Positions 21,074 through 31,160 of a stretch of DNA of 64,000 bases are shown here, in pieces; position 1 is the stretch's first letter; the number at the start of each line of letters is the position of its first letter. Source of the stretch: an uncultured Acidobacteriota bacterium. GTDB taxonomy: Bacteria; Acidobacteriota; UBA6911; RPQK01; JAPXNP01. The position numbers and the translations under genes were made by a program. Location: assembly GCA_963777605.1 (NCBI GenBank), contig CAVZRV010000027.1, positions 384,001 through 448,000 of the forward strand. Direction: 5' to 3'. The notes below the pieces were generated by a model. The model was not told where the DNA came from. It was given only the letters and a program-made list of their open reading frames with translations, and searched no databases.

Positions 21074-22069
21074 TTGTTACCGGAATTCGAACCGCCAAGA
21101 CGCCAGCGACAGGAAAGACTCACGTTCTTCAAACCCGGGAGCCGGTGGCGAGCTTCGTGCTTTCGCATTTCGACCTGTAAAGCGAATCTGACGTCTCTGG
21201 TCAGCCGGCATGCCGCTACCACCAGGTTCTCCTACTGGCTGGCCGCGATTTGGCTGATGGGATTGCTGGTCGGCGCTGCTCCTGGACAGCAACCCGAGGT
21301 GGTCTGGCTCGGCTCCGACAAGCAGCCGCTGCCGTTTGCCGACCTCGATAAAATTCAGGAGTTTCTCCGTCAGGCCCGCGTGGTTTCGATCAAGGACGTA
21401 GAGACGGGAGTCACCCACCCCTGGAAAGTGCGTCTCGAACAGGACGGTGTTCAGGCAAATGCCATCTTCCGTTATGTTGATTTGTTCAGGAAGCGGTGGC
21501 GATCAGAGAACGGACTGAGAAAGAACTTCAGAGACTCCTACCGGTACGAATGCGCCGCTTTCGAACTGGGCCGCCTGTTCGGATTTGGGAACGTTCCGCC
21601 AGCCGTGCTTCGGACGATTAAGGGGAAGCCGGGCAGCCTGCAACTCTGGATCGAGAACTCCATGACCGAGTCCGAAAGGCGCGACCGGGGACTGGAGCCG
21701 CCCGACGAGGAGAAGTGGACCCGAAACTACCAGATGATGTACCTCTTCGATAATCTGATCTACAACGACGATCGGAATTACGGGAACATCCTGGCTGACG
21801 GAGCCTGGAACTTCTGGATGATCGACGCGAGCCGGTCGTTTCTCCAGCTTGGCGAGCTCAAGACCCCCTCCATAGTCCGAGTCTGCAGCCGGCAGGTGTG
21901 GGACCGCCTGCAGAACGTCTCGGACGACGAGATCAAGCAGCACCTCCACGACATCTTGAAGGACTCGGAACTGGAACCCCTGCTCGTTCGACGCCGGCTT
22001 CTCGTCGAACTGCTCCGCAAGGAAATAGAAGTCCGGGGAGAAGACCAGGTCCTCTTTGACGAGAATTGA
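21074..22069 (+). CDS. Atypical kinase-like protein (PI3/4K-HipA-Fam20C-like fold), probably exported; true start likely downstream of 21074
   Basis: Hydrophobic YWLAAIWLMGLLVGAA, then GVTHPWKV, AIFR, YECAAFEL, VPP, GSLQLW, FDNLIYNDDRNYGNIL, MIDASRSF. Confidence 0.7.
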   Translation: MLPEFEPPRRQRQERLTFFKPGSRWRASCFRISTCKANLTSLVSRHAATTRFSYWLAAIWLMGLLVGAAPGQQPEVVWLGSDKQPLPFADLDKIQEFLRQARVVSIKDVETGVTHPWKVRLEQDGVQANAIFRYVDLFRKRWRSENGLRKNFRDSYRYECAAFELGRLFGFGNVPPAVLRTIKGKPGSLQLWIENSMTESERRDRGLEPPDEEKWTRNYQMMYLFDNLIYNDDRNYGNILADGAWNFWMIDASRSFLQLGELKTPSIVRVCSRQVWDRLQNVSDDEIKQHLHDILKDSELEPLLVRRRLLVELLRKEIEVRGEDQVLFDEN

Positions 22070-22091
22070 CGATTGCCCGGACTCGAATGCC

Positions 22092-23147
22092 TCAGGTGAC
22101 GGCTCCCCGTGCGGCCACCGAGAAGATCTGTTCCACAGCTTCGTTTCTGCACCCATACACCAAGCTGAAGAGGTTGCTTACAACACAGCAGTGATTGGGC
22201 AGGATGCTGACCCTCTCTCCGATTTCCGGGCGCCGGGCACAGCGGGAGAAATCGACATGACCGTGCTCCTCCGAAAGGTTCCGAATCTCCGCTTCAGGGT
22301 ACTCGAGGATCAGGCCGTGCCCCCGCAGCCCCAACAGGTCTGAGGAGAGGCTCTTGCTCCCGGCATCCAAAATTCCACGGTCGGCGGTCGGCCTGCTGAC
22401 GACTGTTGCCAGCACCCTGAGAGCGCACTGGTCCAGTCGCATGGCCCCGGAGTTCACCGTGTAGCGGTCGCCGTAAACATACATACCGGCGCGGTACTCG
22501 GTGACTTCGGGATGTTCGTGGACCTGCCACATCGTATGTGTGCCCCCTGCACTCACCGTCTCGATGTCCAGACCTGAATCGCCAAGAAGTTCCCGAGTAG
22601 CCGCGACAAATTCCGGCGTGCGGTCGTTCATGGGGTAGGTCATCAGGCCACCGAATTTCAACCCGTCGGACTGGGCGATAGCAGCGGCAAGTTCCACGGC
22701 TTCCGCCGGAGTCTGCACGCCGCAACGGGCGGCACCGGTATCGAACTCGACCAGCACGGTCAGTTCGCGATTGGCGGACTTCGCCCCTTCTGCAAGTCCA
22801 GCGACTGTCACCCTCGAATCGGCAGTAACTCGGATCGACACCCGCTTCATCAGTGAACTCAACCGGGCGAGCTTCCGGGGTCCAAGAATGTTGTAGGGGA
22901 GAAAGATGTTCTTGAAACCGTAGTCGGCCATGATCTCGGCCTCACCCAGTTTCTGACAACAGATTCCAATCGCTCCGGCCTCCACTTGAAGGCGACCGAT
23001 TTCAGGGATCTTGTGGGTTTTGATGTGTGGGCGGTTGGCAACACCATGTTTTTCGAGATAGGACTGAAAGCGCTGAATGTTGGATTCAACACGATCCAGG
23101 TCAATTGCGATGGCCGGTGTTTCAATGTCTGCGATATTCGTAGTCAT
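22092..23147 (-). CDS. D-threonine aldolase/DSD1-like PLP-dependent enzyme (alanine racemase fold)
   Basis: ETPA, RPHIKTHK (PLP lysine), CQKLGEAE, RCGV, DAGSKSLS, LSEEHG, PNHCC. Confidence 0.9.
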   Translation of the reverse strand: MTTNIADIETPAIAIDLDRVESNIQRFQSYLEKHGVANRPHIKTHKIPEIGRLQVEAGAIGICCQKLGEAEIMADYGFKNIFLPYNILGPRKLARLSSLMKRVSIRVTADSRVTVAGLAEGAKSANRELTVLVEFDTGAARCGVQTPAEAVELAAAIAQSDGLKFGGLMTYPMNDRTPEFVAATRELLGDSGLDIETVSAGGTHTMWQVHEHPEVTEYRAGMYVYGDRYTVNSGAMRLDQCALRVLATVVSRPTADRGILDAGSKSLSSDLLGLRGHGLILEYPEAEIRNLSEEHGHVDFSRCARRPEIGERVSILPNHCCVVSNLFSLVYGCRNEAVEQIFSVAARGAVT

Positions 23148-23293
23148 TTCCTCTTCCTGGTAACGCAGATTTCAAAAGAGTGAATCAGGATTGCCCCCGT
23201 ACAATTATTAACGGACGGCGCGGTTTACACCACCCCGAAATCGATCAGCCTGGAATCTGAGCTTCTTCGAGGCATCCCCCTTTCTGGTAGATT

Positions 23294-24361
23294 GTGGGCA
23301 ATATGCTTCTGGTTGATTCTCATCTGGACCTGGCCTGGAACGATCGCGAGTGGCATCGGGACGTCACCGGAGAAATTGCCGAGATTCGCGCCGGCGAGCA
23401 GGGACAGCACGGAATCGGGAGAGCTCGCAATACCGTCTCCATTCCCGAAATGCGCCGTGCGGAGATTGGGCTCTTCATCGGGACGCTGCTCTCCCGGCGA
23501 GTGGTCGAGCAGACTCCACCCTTCATACCGTTCGAGACTCCGGACCTGGCCCGCCAGGCCGCACTCTCACAACTTGATTTCTACCTGGAGATGAGCGAAT
23601 CGGAACTCCTCCGAACAATTCGGACTGCGTCTGAGCTGGACGGGCACTTGGAGCAATGGCAAAGGGAGAGCGATCAGACCCCGCTTGGTCTGGTCCTCAG
23701 CATGGAAGGAGCCGACGGGGTTCGGGCCCCCGACGATCTGGAGGACTGGTGGGGGCGAGGGCTTCGGATTATCGGCCCGGTCCACTACGGCGTCAACCAA
23801 TACTCTCACGGTACCGGGTCCGATGGAGGCCTCAAGCAGTTGGGACGTTCCCTGCTTCGCCAGATGGATGCTCTGGGGTACGTACTGGACGTCACGCATC
23901 TGAGCGACCTGGCCTTTGACGAGTCACTGGACCTCTTCACCGGCCCGGTTCTGGCAAGTCACCACAACTGCCGTACCCTCGTGCCCGGGCAGCGACAGCT
24001 CTCCGATGACCAGATTCGGGCACTGCTGGAACGGGGTGCCGTCATCGGAGTGGCATCGGACGCCTGGATGTTGCAACCGGGCTGGGTGAGAGCTGAAACC
24101 GCTCCCACCGTCGGCATCGCGGCCATGGCAGACCACATCGACCACATTTGCCAGCTCGCGGGAAATTCGCAACATGCGGCGATCGGGTCCGATCTCGACG
24201 GGGGGTTCGGTACGGAACAGTGCCCGACCGACCTGGATACGATACGTGACCTGCAGTCCCTGACCGGGATCCTCCTGACGCGGGGCTACCAGGAAGTCGA
24301 TGTCCGGAACGTCATGCACGCCAACTGGATTCGACTGCTCAGGAACGCCTTGGCTCCATGA
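23294..24361 (+). CDS. Membrane dipeptidase (peptidase M19)
   Basis: DSHLDLAWN, SMEGAD, LDVTHLSD, ASHHN, DHIDHI, IGSDLDGGFG, NWIRLL. Confidence 0.9.
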   Translation: MGNMLLVDSHLDLAWNDREWHRDVTGEIAEIRAGEQGQHGIGRARNTVSIPEMRRAEIGLFIGTLLSRRVVEQTPPFIPFETPDLARQAALSQLDFYLEMSESELLRTIRTASELDGHLEQWQRESDQTPLGLVLSMEGADGVRAPDDLEDWWGRGLRIIGPVHYGVNQYSHGTGSDGGLKQLGRSLLRQMDALGYVLDVTHLSDLAFDESLDLFTGPVLASHHNCRTLVPGQRQLSDDQIRALLERGAVIGVASDAWMLQPGWVRAETAPTVGIAAMADHIDHICQLAGNSQHAAIGSDLDGGFGTEQCPTDLDTIRDLQSLTGILLTRGYQEVDVRNVMHANWIRLLRNALAP

Positions 24362-24610
24362 AGTACCGCTCCACGAGTTCCGGTTGGGGAGACCCTGTCA
24401 ACCGGCTCACAAATCACCACAGGAAGAACGATACCGCCAGGCCCCACTGACGTTCCGGAAGGTTCGTGCGTCAGATAGCCGGACAGGTAGCAACTGGAGA
24501 CGGTGTAGATCAGGCTGCCAAGCCACGCAGGCAAGATGATCCAAGCTTCCCGCCTGACATTTCTGAGGAGGACGTCTTCGATCTTTTCAGCCAACTTCTG
24601 CAGAGATCTA

Positions 24611-24638
24611 AGAGGGGTGGGAGTTGAGCCACCCCTCT
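24611..24638. terminator. Strong hairpin downstream of tpx (candidate terminator)
   Basis: AGAGGGGTGG-N8-CCACCCCTCT, a perfect 10-bp stem about 20 nt after the tpx stop. No clear U-tract. Confidence 0.5.
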
Positions 24639-24657
24639 GGCAGTTCACGTTTGAGGC

Positions 24658-25176
24658 TCAGCCGGCAATCTTCTTGGCTGCTGCAAGGGCCGAATCGTAG
24701 TCGGGGTGATTGGTCATTTCCTTGACATACTCGACATACTGAATCGTCCCCTCCGCATCCACCACGAAAATAGCTCGCGTATCGAGTCGGAGTTCTTTGA
24801 TCAGTGTTCCGAAGGCGGAACCGAACTCGGCAGTCTGGTAGTCGGACAACATCACCAACTTATCCACGCCGGCAGCGGCACACCAGCGCGACTGGGCGAA
24901 GGGAAGGTCCATGCTGACGGTGTAGATTCTGACACCGGGCAACTGGGAAGCTTCCTTATTGAATCGCCGGGTCTGGGTATCACAAACAGGGGTATCGAGA
25001 GAGGGAACTACGCTGAAAATCCGTGTCGATCCCTCAGTATCGGCGAGAGTGAACGGAGACAGATCACGCGTCACCGTCTTGAACTCGGGAACCTTGTCCC
25101 CGACCGACAGCTCCGGGCCGACAAGTGTAAGCGGATTTCCTTTAAACGTAACAGCACCAGGTCTTTCAAGACTCAT
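24658..25176 (-). CDS. tpx: Thiol peroxidase (atypical 2-Cys peroxiredoxin)
   Basis: VTFKGNPLTL, VVPSLDTPVC..QTRRFN, SMDLPFAQSRWC, PDYD. Confidence 0.95.
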   Translation of the reverse strand: MSLERPGAVTFKGNPLTLVGPELSVGDKVPEFKTVTRDLSPFTLADTEGSTRIFSVVPSLDTPVCDTQTRRFNKEASQLPGVRIYTVSMDLPFAQSRWCAAAGVDKLVMLSDYQTAEFGSAFGTLIKELRLDTRAIFVVDAEGTIQYVEYVKEMTNHPDYDSALAAAKKIAG

Positions 25177-25382
25177 TATTCAATTCCTCCAGTTTTTGAG
25201 TCGACATTCTATCTGAAAGCGGCTCCCAATCGAAACTTTTGAGGGCGCCAGTGCATCAGAGCTAAAGTGAAACGATGCGGTGTTGGAGAAAAAAAGGTAG
25301 CCAAAACTTACAAAAAGTGGTAAAAAGCCCTCTTTCCTGGTTCACCCGATACTGAGCTTTAAGGATAGGTAAGAAGTTAGAT

Positions 25383-25721
25383 ATGAGAACATCGGCACTT
25401 GAAAGCGAAGGACTGTATCCACAAACCAAAAAGCCTGAACCCTCTTTGAGGAATCTGGCGCTGGGCATTCTGCTCCAGGCGTTTAGAGATATCGTAGCCC
25501 CGAAGAAGGCTTCGAACAAGGAGTGGGAAGAGTGGAGACAGGATGCCCTTGATTGGTTTTATGCGAATGAGAACGAGCCGGGCAGCTTTCACTGGGTCTG
25601 TGAAGTTCTGGAAATGAATCCCAACGATCTCCGAACTTGGCTTCAGGAGTACCGTCGCAGCGATGCCAAGCAGAAGAAGGAAATGGCTCGCAAGCTGACG
25701 CGCTTCCAGATCCGGCATTGA
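25383..25721 (+). CDS. Conserved-looking small hypothetical protein
   Basis: LALGILLQAFRD...DALDWF...SFHWVCEVLEMNP.DLR pattern; A-rich upstream region with AAGGA/AGGT SD candidates. Confidence 0.75.
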   Translation: MRTSALESEGLYPQTKKPEPSLRNLALGILLQAFRDIVAPKKASNKEWEEWRQDALDWFYANENEPGSFHWVCEVLEMNPNDLRTWLQEYRRSDAKQKKEMARKLTRFQIRH

Positions 25722-25778
25722 TGGCCTCGCATATCGTGGCCGTGCGCTTGCTTCGGCCCCTGGTCCGGGGGTCTTTGA

Positions 25779-26687
25779 ATGCAGTTTTTCCTGATATTTC
25801 TGGCGCTCCTTTTTGGCACCTACGGAACGATCCTCCTTTCCATCTTCCTGCGAAGGTGGCTGAAGCCGATTCTTCCGGTGCACGAAGACCAGGAAGAGCG
25901 GGAAGAGTGCGACGACCAGCGTGGCGCACACCTGATCGAGGTCATTAACGTCAAGAAAGCGTTTGACCATCCGGTACTTCGAGGGGTGACCCTCAATGTA
26001 CCTTGTGGTTCGACACTGGGCGTACTCGGTAAAAGCGGGACCGGAAAGAGCGTCCTGCTCAAGCTGATTGCCGGCTTTCTGAAGCCTGATTCCGGATTGG
26101 TTCTTTTCCAGGGTAAGGACATTACCCAGCTCTCGGAAAATCAACTGCTCGAACATAGGAAACGTGTCTCATACGTTTTCCAGGGCGGAGCTTTCTTTGA
26201 TTTTCTGGACGTCAGTGGCAACATCGCATATCCCCTGATTGAGCGGGGAATCACCGACGAGAAAGCTATCCGGGAGCGAGTGGAATATCTTCTCGACGCA
26301 GTCGAACTGGAGGGCATGGGGAACCTCCGCTACGACAGCCTCAGCGAGGGGAACAAGAAGCAGGTCGCCATCGCCCGTGCCATCGCCATCAACCCACAAG
26401 TAATCCTCTATGATGAACCGACTACCGGTGTCGATCCCATCATCGGAAAATCGCTAAGTCGCCTGATCCGTAAGCTCGGAAAACAGGAGAGCCTCACTTC
26501 GATCGTGGTAACCCACGACCTGAAATGCCTGGAAATCGTTTCCGATCAGATTGTTCTGCTCAAGGACGGTCTAATCCGGTTCGACGGGACTCCGGACGAC
26601 TTCCAGACCTCCGAGGATCCCTTCGTCGTGGCCTTTCGAACGGGCCGCCGCTATGACGAGCAGTTCGAAGTCGCCGTTGCATCGTGA
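25779..26687 (+). CDS. MlaF/Ttg2A-like ABC ATPase with N-terminal membrane anchor
   Basis: GKSGTGKS, VFQGGAFFD, degenerate signature LSEGNKKQ, ILYDEPTTGVDP, VTHD; N-terminal hydrophobic helix. Confidence 0.85.
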   Translation: MQFFLIFLALLFGTYGTILLSIFLRRWLKPILPVHEDQEEREECDDQRGAHLIEVINVKKAFDHPVLRGVTLNVPCGSTLGVLGKSGTGKSVLLKLIAGFLKPDSGLVLFQGKDITQLSENQLLEHRKRVSYVFQGGAFFDFLDVSGNIAYPLIERGITDEKAIRERVEYLLDAVELEGMGNLRYDSLSEGNKKQVAIARAIAINPQVILYDEPTTGVDPIIGKSLSRLIRKLGKQESLTSIVVTHDLKCLEIVSDQIVLLKDGLIRFDGTPDDFQTSEDPFVVAFRTGRRYDEQFEVAVAS

Positions 26688-26712
26688 TGGGGGTTGGAAC
26701 TTACGACTTGAA

Positions 26713-26764
26713 GATTTTCGATTTTGACGCCTTTCCTTTCCATTGAAATCGTCAATCGAGAATC
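26713..26764. terminator. Imperfect inverted repeat of GATTTTC-type heptamers between convergent genes
   Basis: GATTTTCGATTTTGACG ... CGTCAATCGAGAATC lies between the ABC ATPase stop and the hisIE stop. Confidence 0.4.
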
Positions 26765-26773
26765 CTCCAGGCT

Positions 26774-27406
26774 CTACTCGGTATGCGGTGACGGCGTTCC
26801 GTGCCGCTGTTCCAATTCGCGATAGACGTCGGCGAGGCTGACGTCCCGTTCCGCGAGAAAAACCAGCAGGTGATAGAGGAGGTCCCCCGACTCTTCGACG
26901 GTTCGCTGTTGGGATTCCCCCATTGACATCATCGTCTCGACCGCCTCCTCCCCCAGCTTTCTTGCGATCTGGTAGATGCCCTTCTTGAAAAGGCTCGTGG
27001 TGTATGAACCGTCCGGCATCTCCTCTTTTCTCTTCTGGATCAGATCTGCCAGATGGAAGAGGAACTCAGCCGTCGAGCCGGTCGCTTTCTCTCCGAAACA
27101 GCTGGTTCGGCCCAGGTGGCAGGTCGGACCGTCCGGATAGGCGGCGAGCAGAAGCGTGTCCCCGTCGCAGTCGACCTCGATCGAGTCGAGCGTCAAGGTG
27201 TTGCCACTGGTTTCTCCCTTGGTCCAGAGCTGCGACCGACTGCGGCTCCAGAATGTCACCCGGCCGGTCTCCAGGGTCCGTGCCAAGGACTCCCGGTTCA
27301 TGTATCCCAACATGAGCACTCGGCCTGTCCGGGCATCCTGAATAATCGCGGGAACCAGCCCGTCTCCTTTGTTCCAGTCAATCCGCTCCGCGTTGAAATC
27401 CTTCAT
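26774..27406 (-). CDS. hisIE: Bifunctional phosphoribosyl-AMP cyclohydrolase / phosphoribosyl-ATP pyrophosphatase
   Basis: [51 protein letters not shown]. Confidence 0.96.
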   Translation of the reverse strand: MKDFNAERIDWNKGDGLVPAIIQDARTGRVLMLGYMNRESLARTLETGRVTFWSRSRSQLWTKGETSGNTLTLDSIEVDCDGDTLLLAAYPDGPTCHLGRTSCFGEKATGSTAEFLFHLADLIQKRKEEMPDGSYTTSLFKKGIYQIARKLGEEAVETMMSMGESQQRTVEESGDLLYHLLVFLAERDVSLADVYRELEQRHGTPSPHTE

Positions 27407-28158
27407 AACCGAATGCTCACTCCGTGATCCGCCAGAAACTGTTTCACCTCGGCGATTGAATAGCGGCTGTAATGAAAAATACTGGCCGCGAGAACCGCGT
27501 CCGCACGGCCGATGGTGAACCCATCGAGAAGATGCTGGGGAGAGCCCGCTCCACCCGACGCAATCACGGGGATCGAAACCCGCCTGGCCACCTCCTGGAG
27601 GAGTTCCAGGTCGTATCCATCCTGGGTTCCGTCACGATCCATGGACGTCAGGAGAATCTCACCCGCCCCGCGCTGTTCGCCTTCCGAGATCCAGTCAAGA
27701 GCGTCCCGGCCGGTCGGCCACCGCCCGCCTCCCACGAAGACCGTCCAGCGATCCTCGGTCCGCTTGGCATCCACAGCCAAAACAATGCACTGGGAGCCAA
27801 ACGCACTCGCACCGCGACTGATCAGTTCAGGTTCTTTCACAGCGGCACTGTTCACGGACACCTTGTCCGCTCCGGCACGCAGGAGGTCATGCATGTGCTC
27901 GAGAGAACTGATTCCACCGCCGACCGTGAAAGGGATAAAAACGGTGTCAGCGACCCTTCGAACCCAGTTGATCACGGTCCCCCGGGCTTCAACCGTCGCC
28001 GTGATGTCGAGGAAGACGAGTTCATCGGCACCCTCATCGTAGTACCTCTTTCCAAGTGCTACCGGGTCGCCCGCGTCCTGCAAGTCAACGAAATTGATCC
28101 CCTTTACAACCCGGCCATTCTTGACGTCAAGGCAGGGAATAATTCTCTTAGCCAGCAC
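27403..28158 (-). CDS. hisF: Imidazole glycerol phosphate synthase, cyclase subunit
   Basis: [37 protein letters not shown]; GTG start after GGGAGGA. Confidence 0.96.
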   Translation of the reverse strand: MLAKRIIPCLDVKNGRVVKGINFVDLQDAGDPVALGKRYYDEGADELVFLDITATVEARGTVINWVRRVADTVFIPFTVGGGISSLEHMHDLLRAGADKVSVNSAAVKEPELISRGASAFGSQCIVLAVDAKRTEDRWTVFVGGGRWPTGRDALDWISEGEQRGAGEILLTSMDRDGTQDGYDLELLQEVARRVSIPVIASGGAGSPQHLLDGFTIGRADAVLAASIFHYSRYSIAEVKQFLADHGVSIRL

Positions 28159-28867
28159 GAAGCATTTCCTCCCAGCTGAATTCGCCCTCGTAGAGCGCCT
28201 TTCCAATGACTACCCCGGCAACTCTTTCTTTGGACAGGAGGTTGATGTGTTCGGGACGGCTCACCCCTCCGGCCGCAATGACACCCAACCCCTCGCCCCC
28301 AAGTTCGACAAGACGTCGATAGGTGGAGTAGCTCGGCTGTTCGAGAGTCCCGTCCTTCTCGACGTCGGTTGAGATCACCTCGGTCATTCCCCAGCCCCGG
28401 ATAAGCTCCATCAACCCCTCAATCGTTTGGCCGCTTTCCGCCGTCCAACCGTCCGTCAGGAGACGTCCTCCCCTGATGTCGATGCTGACGATGAAGCGTT
28501 CTCCGCCCCAGCGACTGACCCAGGATTCAACGAGTTCCGGTGACTTGACGGCAACGGTGCCTAGAATCAAATACCGGGCTCCATAGCCCAGGAGCTCAGC
28601 GACGTCCTCGTCGGATCGGATTCCTCCTCCAACCTGGACCGGCAACTCACAAGCGGCAATCACCTGCTGGATGGCGGGCCGGTTCCGGCTGTTTCCGTCC
28701 CTGGCGGCTTCCAGGTCGATCAGGTGGAGACGCTGAAACCCAGCGTCCCTGAACTTCAGGGCCTGGGCCACCGGGTTCTCCGAGTACGTGGTCTTCCGGC
28801 CGTAATCTCCCTTGAACAGGCGGACGCAATGGCCGTCGATGAGGTCGATTGCGGGGATCTTGATCAT
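28148..28867 (-). CDS. hisA: ProFAR isomerase
   Basis: [39 protein letters not shown]. Confidence 0.95.
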   Translation of the reverse strand: MIKIPAIDLIDGHCVRLFKGDYGRKTTYSENPVAQALKFRDAGFQRLHLIDLEAARDGNSRNRPAIQQVIAACELPVQVGGGIRSDEDVAELLGYGARYLILGTVAVKSPELVESWVSRWGGERFIVSIDIRGGRLLTDGWTAESGQTIEGLMELIRGWGMTEVISTDVEKDGTLEQPSYSTYRRLVELGGEGLGVIAAGGVSRPEHINLLSKERVAGVVIGKALYEGEFSWEEMLRAG

Positions 28868-29481
28868 TCCTTACATCCTTCAGCATCAATAAAGTTCCGC
28901 AGCAACGTGAGGCCGGACATCCCGGAACGCTCAGGGTGGAACTGAACCCCGAGGAAGTTGTCCCGGATCACGGCAGCCGAGAAGGGGATCTCGTAGTCGC
29001 TTTGTGCAGCCGTGAACTCCGGAACCGGGGGAGCGTAATAGCTGTGAACGAAATAGAAGTACGCCTCCTCCGAAAGCCCTTTGACCAACTTCGGGACAAG
29101 CGGGCCGGCATCCAGGTCCCAGCGAACCTCGTTCCATCCGATGTGCGGCACCTTCATGCGACGACGGTCAAATCGCTGGACACGGCCGGGGATAATTCCA
29201 AGGCAGGGACAGTCCTCCTCATCAGAAATTTCGAACAGCAACTGCAGCCCAAGGCAGATACCGAGGAAAGGTACCCTGAGATCTCGAATTACGTCGCACA
29301 GACCCTGCCGCTGCAGGGAAGACATGGCCGCCCGCGCCGAACCCACCCCGGGAAGAATCACCTTTTCGGCCCCGGCCACAGTCTCTGGATCACCGGAGAG
29401 CACGTGTTCCACACCGAGGAACTTCAGGGCGTTCCCCACGTTGTACAGATTGCCTGCGTCATAATCAATCACTACGATCAT
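28864..29481 (-). CDS. hisH: Imidazole glycerol phosphate synthase, glutamine amidotransferase subunit
   Basis: IDYDAGN, LPGVG, GICLGLQLL, PHIGWN, YFVHSY, QFHPE. Confidence 0.96.
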   Translation of the reverse strand: MIVVIDYDAGNLYNVGNALKFLGVEHVLSGDPETVAGAEKVILPGVGSARAAMSSLQRQGLCDVIRDLRVPFLGICLGLQLLFEISDEEDCPCLGIIPGRVQRFDRRRMKVPHIGWNEVRWDLDAGPLVPKLVKGLSEEAYFYFVHSYYAPPVPEFTAAQSDYEIPFSAAVIRDNFLGVQFHPERSGMSGLTLLRNFIDAEGCKE

Positions 29482-29503
29482 GATCCATTACCCCGGGCGT
29501 GTC

Positions 29504-30100
29504 TTAGAGGACTCCCTTAGTTGAAGGAACGTCGGCACCCAACTCCGGATCGAGCTTGACCGCCCCGCGAAGCGCGCGCGCAAACGCCTTGAAAATCCCC
29601 TCGATACGGTGGTGCTCATTCGCTCCGGGCTCGAGCATCTTGATGTGGAGGTTGCTGAGGGATTCCGACACCAGCGACTGGAAAAAGTGATTGACCATCT
29701 CGGTGGGAAAATCGCCGACCATGTCGCGCTTTGGCTGATAATCGGAGGAAAAGGAGAAACGCCCGCCCAGGTCAACCGCAACCGCCACCAGCACCTCGTC
29801 CATCGGAATCATGGCTGAACCGTAGCGGATGATCCCCTCCTTGCGCCCCAGTGCTTCTTTCAGAGCCTGTCCGAGAACCAGGCCAACGTCTTCGATCAGG
29901 TGGTGCGGATCGATCTCCAGGTCGCCCTTCGCAACGACGATCAGGTCAATCTGGCCGTGATGCGCCAGAAGCGTTAACATGTGGTCGAGAAAGCCGATAC
30001 CGGTCGAAGATTGTACCCGCCCCGTACCGTCGACATTCAGTTCGACTTCGACACTCGTCTCATTCGTCTCTCGATTGATCCTTGCCTTTCGCAGACTCAT
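29504..30100 (-). CDS. hisB: Imidazoleglycerol-phosphate dehydratase (monofunctional)
   Basis: RETNET, TGIGFLDHML, DPHHLIED, PMDE, NEHHRIEGIFKAF, PSTKGVL. Confidence 0.96.
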   Translation of the reverse strand: MSLRKARINRETNETSVEVELNVDGTGRVQSSTGIGFLDHMLTLLAHHGQIDLIVVAKGDLEIDPHHLIEDVGLVLGQALKEALGRKEGIIRYGSAMIPMDEVLVAVAVDLGGRFSFSSDYQPKRDMVGDFPTEMVNHFFQSLVSESLSNLHIKMLEPGANEHHRIEGIFKAFARALRGAVKLDPELGADVPSTKGVL

Positions 30101-30101
30101 T

Positions 30102-31160
30102 TCACTCCCCCTTCAAAAGGGCCTCCAGCCGAGACAGAAAGAGTTGGTTCTCTTCGGCGGTTCCTATTGTCACCCGAACACACCCGTCCAGGCCCGGAAC
30201 CGTGCTACGGTCCCGAATAATGATGCCTTCCGCCAGAAGCCGGCGGCAGATTTCCCTGGGCGCCCGGCAACGGAACAGGAGAAAATTCGCCTGCGACGGA
30301 AATACCGCAGTGACACCTTCCAACTTCTCGAGGGCTTCGCTGACCTTTGTTCTCTCCTGCAGAATTTTCTGGATCTGCCCGACGGTTTCATCCGTTGACC
30401 GCAGGGCCTGAACCCCTTGTTCCATGACCCAGGCATTGAGATTGTAAGGAGCCTTGACCTTGAGGAAATACCCGACGAGTTCGGGATCCGCCACCGTGTA
30501 GCCAAGGCGCACTCCGGCCCGCCCGAAAGCCTTGGAGAAGGTCCTGAGAATGACCAGATTCGGGTACCCCCTGACTTCCGAGGCGAGAGAGAGCTCACCC
30601 GCGAACTCCACGTAAGCTTCATCGACGACAACAATGCCGTCCCAATTCTCGGCCACCGCCAGAATTTCACGACGATCCAAGATATTTCCGGTCGGGTTGT
30701 TAGGACTGCAGACGAAAAGCACCCGAACAGAGGACGGAACCCAATCCAGAAAGTCGGCACTCGAGAACTGGAACTCACTGGAGAGTCTGAATTCGTGCAC
30801 CGCCACTCCGTAGATGTCGGCCAGCACCCGGTACATGCCGTAGGTGGGCTCAGCCACCGCAATCCCTGCTTCGATACCAAAGACTTTAAAGCACCAGTCG
30901 AGAACCTCGTCTGATCCAGCCCCGGCAAGCACCATCTCGGGGGAGACACTCAACTTGTCGGCCAAAGCACCGCGAAGCCTCCGCTGATACGGGTCCGGGT
31001 ACCGATTCAGTAGCACGGAACCCTCCTGACGCACAAAGGGATTCTCATTGGCGTCGAGCAGAATTCCGTCCTGGACCGTCTCCCGGGCGCAGTGGTAGGG
31101 CTCGAGGTCGACAATGTTTGGACGAATGAACCGGGACAGGCGCGCAGTTTCAGCCTTCAT
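30102..31160 (-). CDS. hisC: Histidinol-phosphate aminotransferase
   Basis: LDANENP, NRYPDP, GSDE, CSPNNPTG, DEAYVEF, RTFSKAFG.AG.RLG. Confidence 0.95.
   Translation of the reverse strand: MKAETARLSRFIRPNIVDLEPYHCARETVQDGILLDANENPFVRQEGSVLLNRYPDPYQRRLRGALADKLSVSPEMVLAGAGSDEVLDWCFKVFGIEAGIAVAEPTYGMYRVLADIYGVAVHEFRLSSEFQFSSADFLDWVPSSVRVLFVCSPNNPTGNILDRREILAVAENWDGIVVVDEAYVEFAGELSLASEVRGYPNLVILRTFSKAFGRAGVRLGYTVADPELVGYFLKVKAPYNLNAWVMEQGVQALRSTDETVGQIQKILQERTKVSEALEKLEGVTAVFPSQANFLLFRCRAPREICRRLLAEGIIIRDRSTVPGLDGCVRVTIGTAEENQLFLSRLEALLKGE

Noticed and set aside
25321-25352. Sigma28-like TAAA...CCCGATAC upstream of the small hypothetical gene
   Set aside because: The spacing is 20 nt instead of 15.
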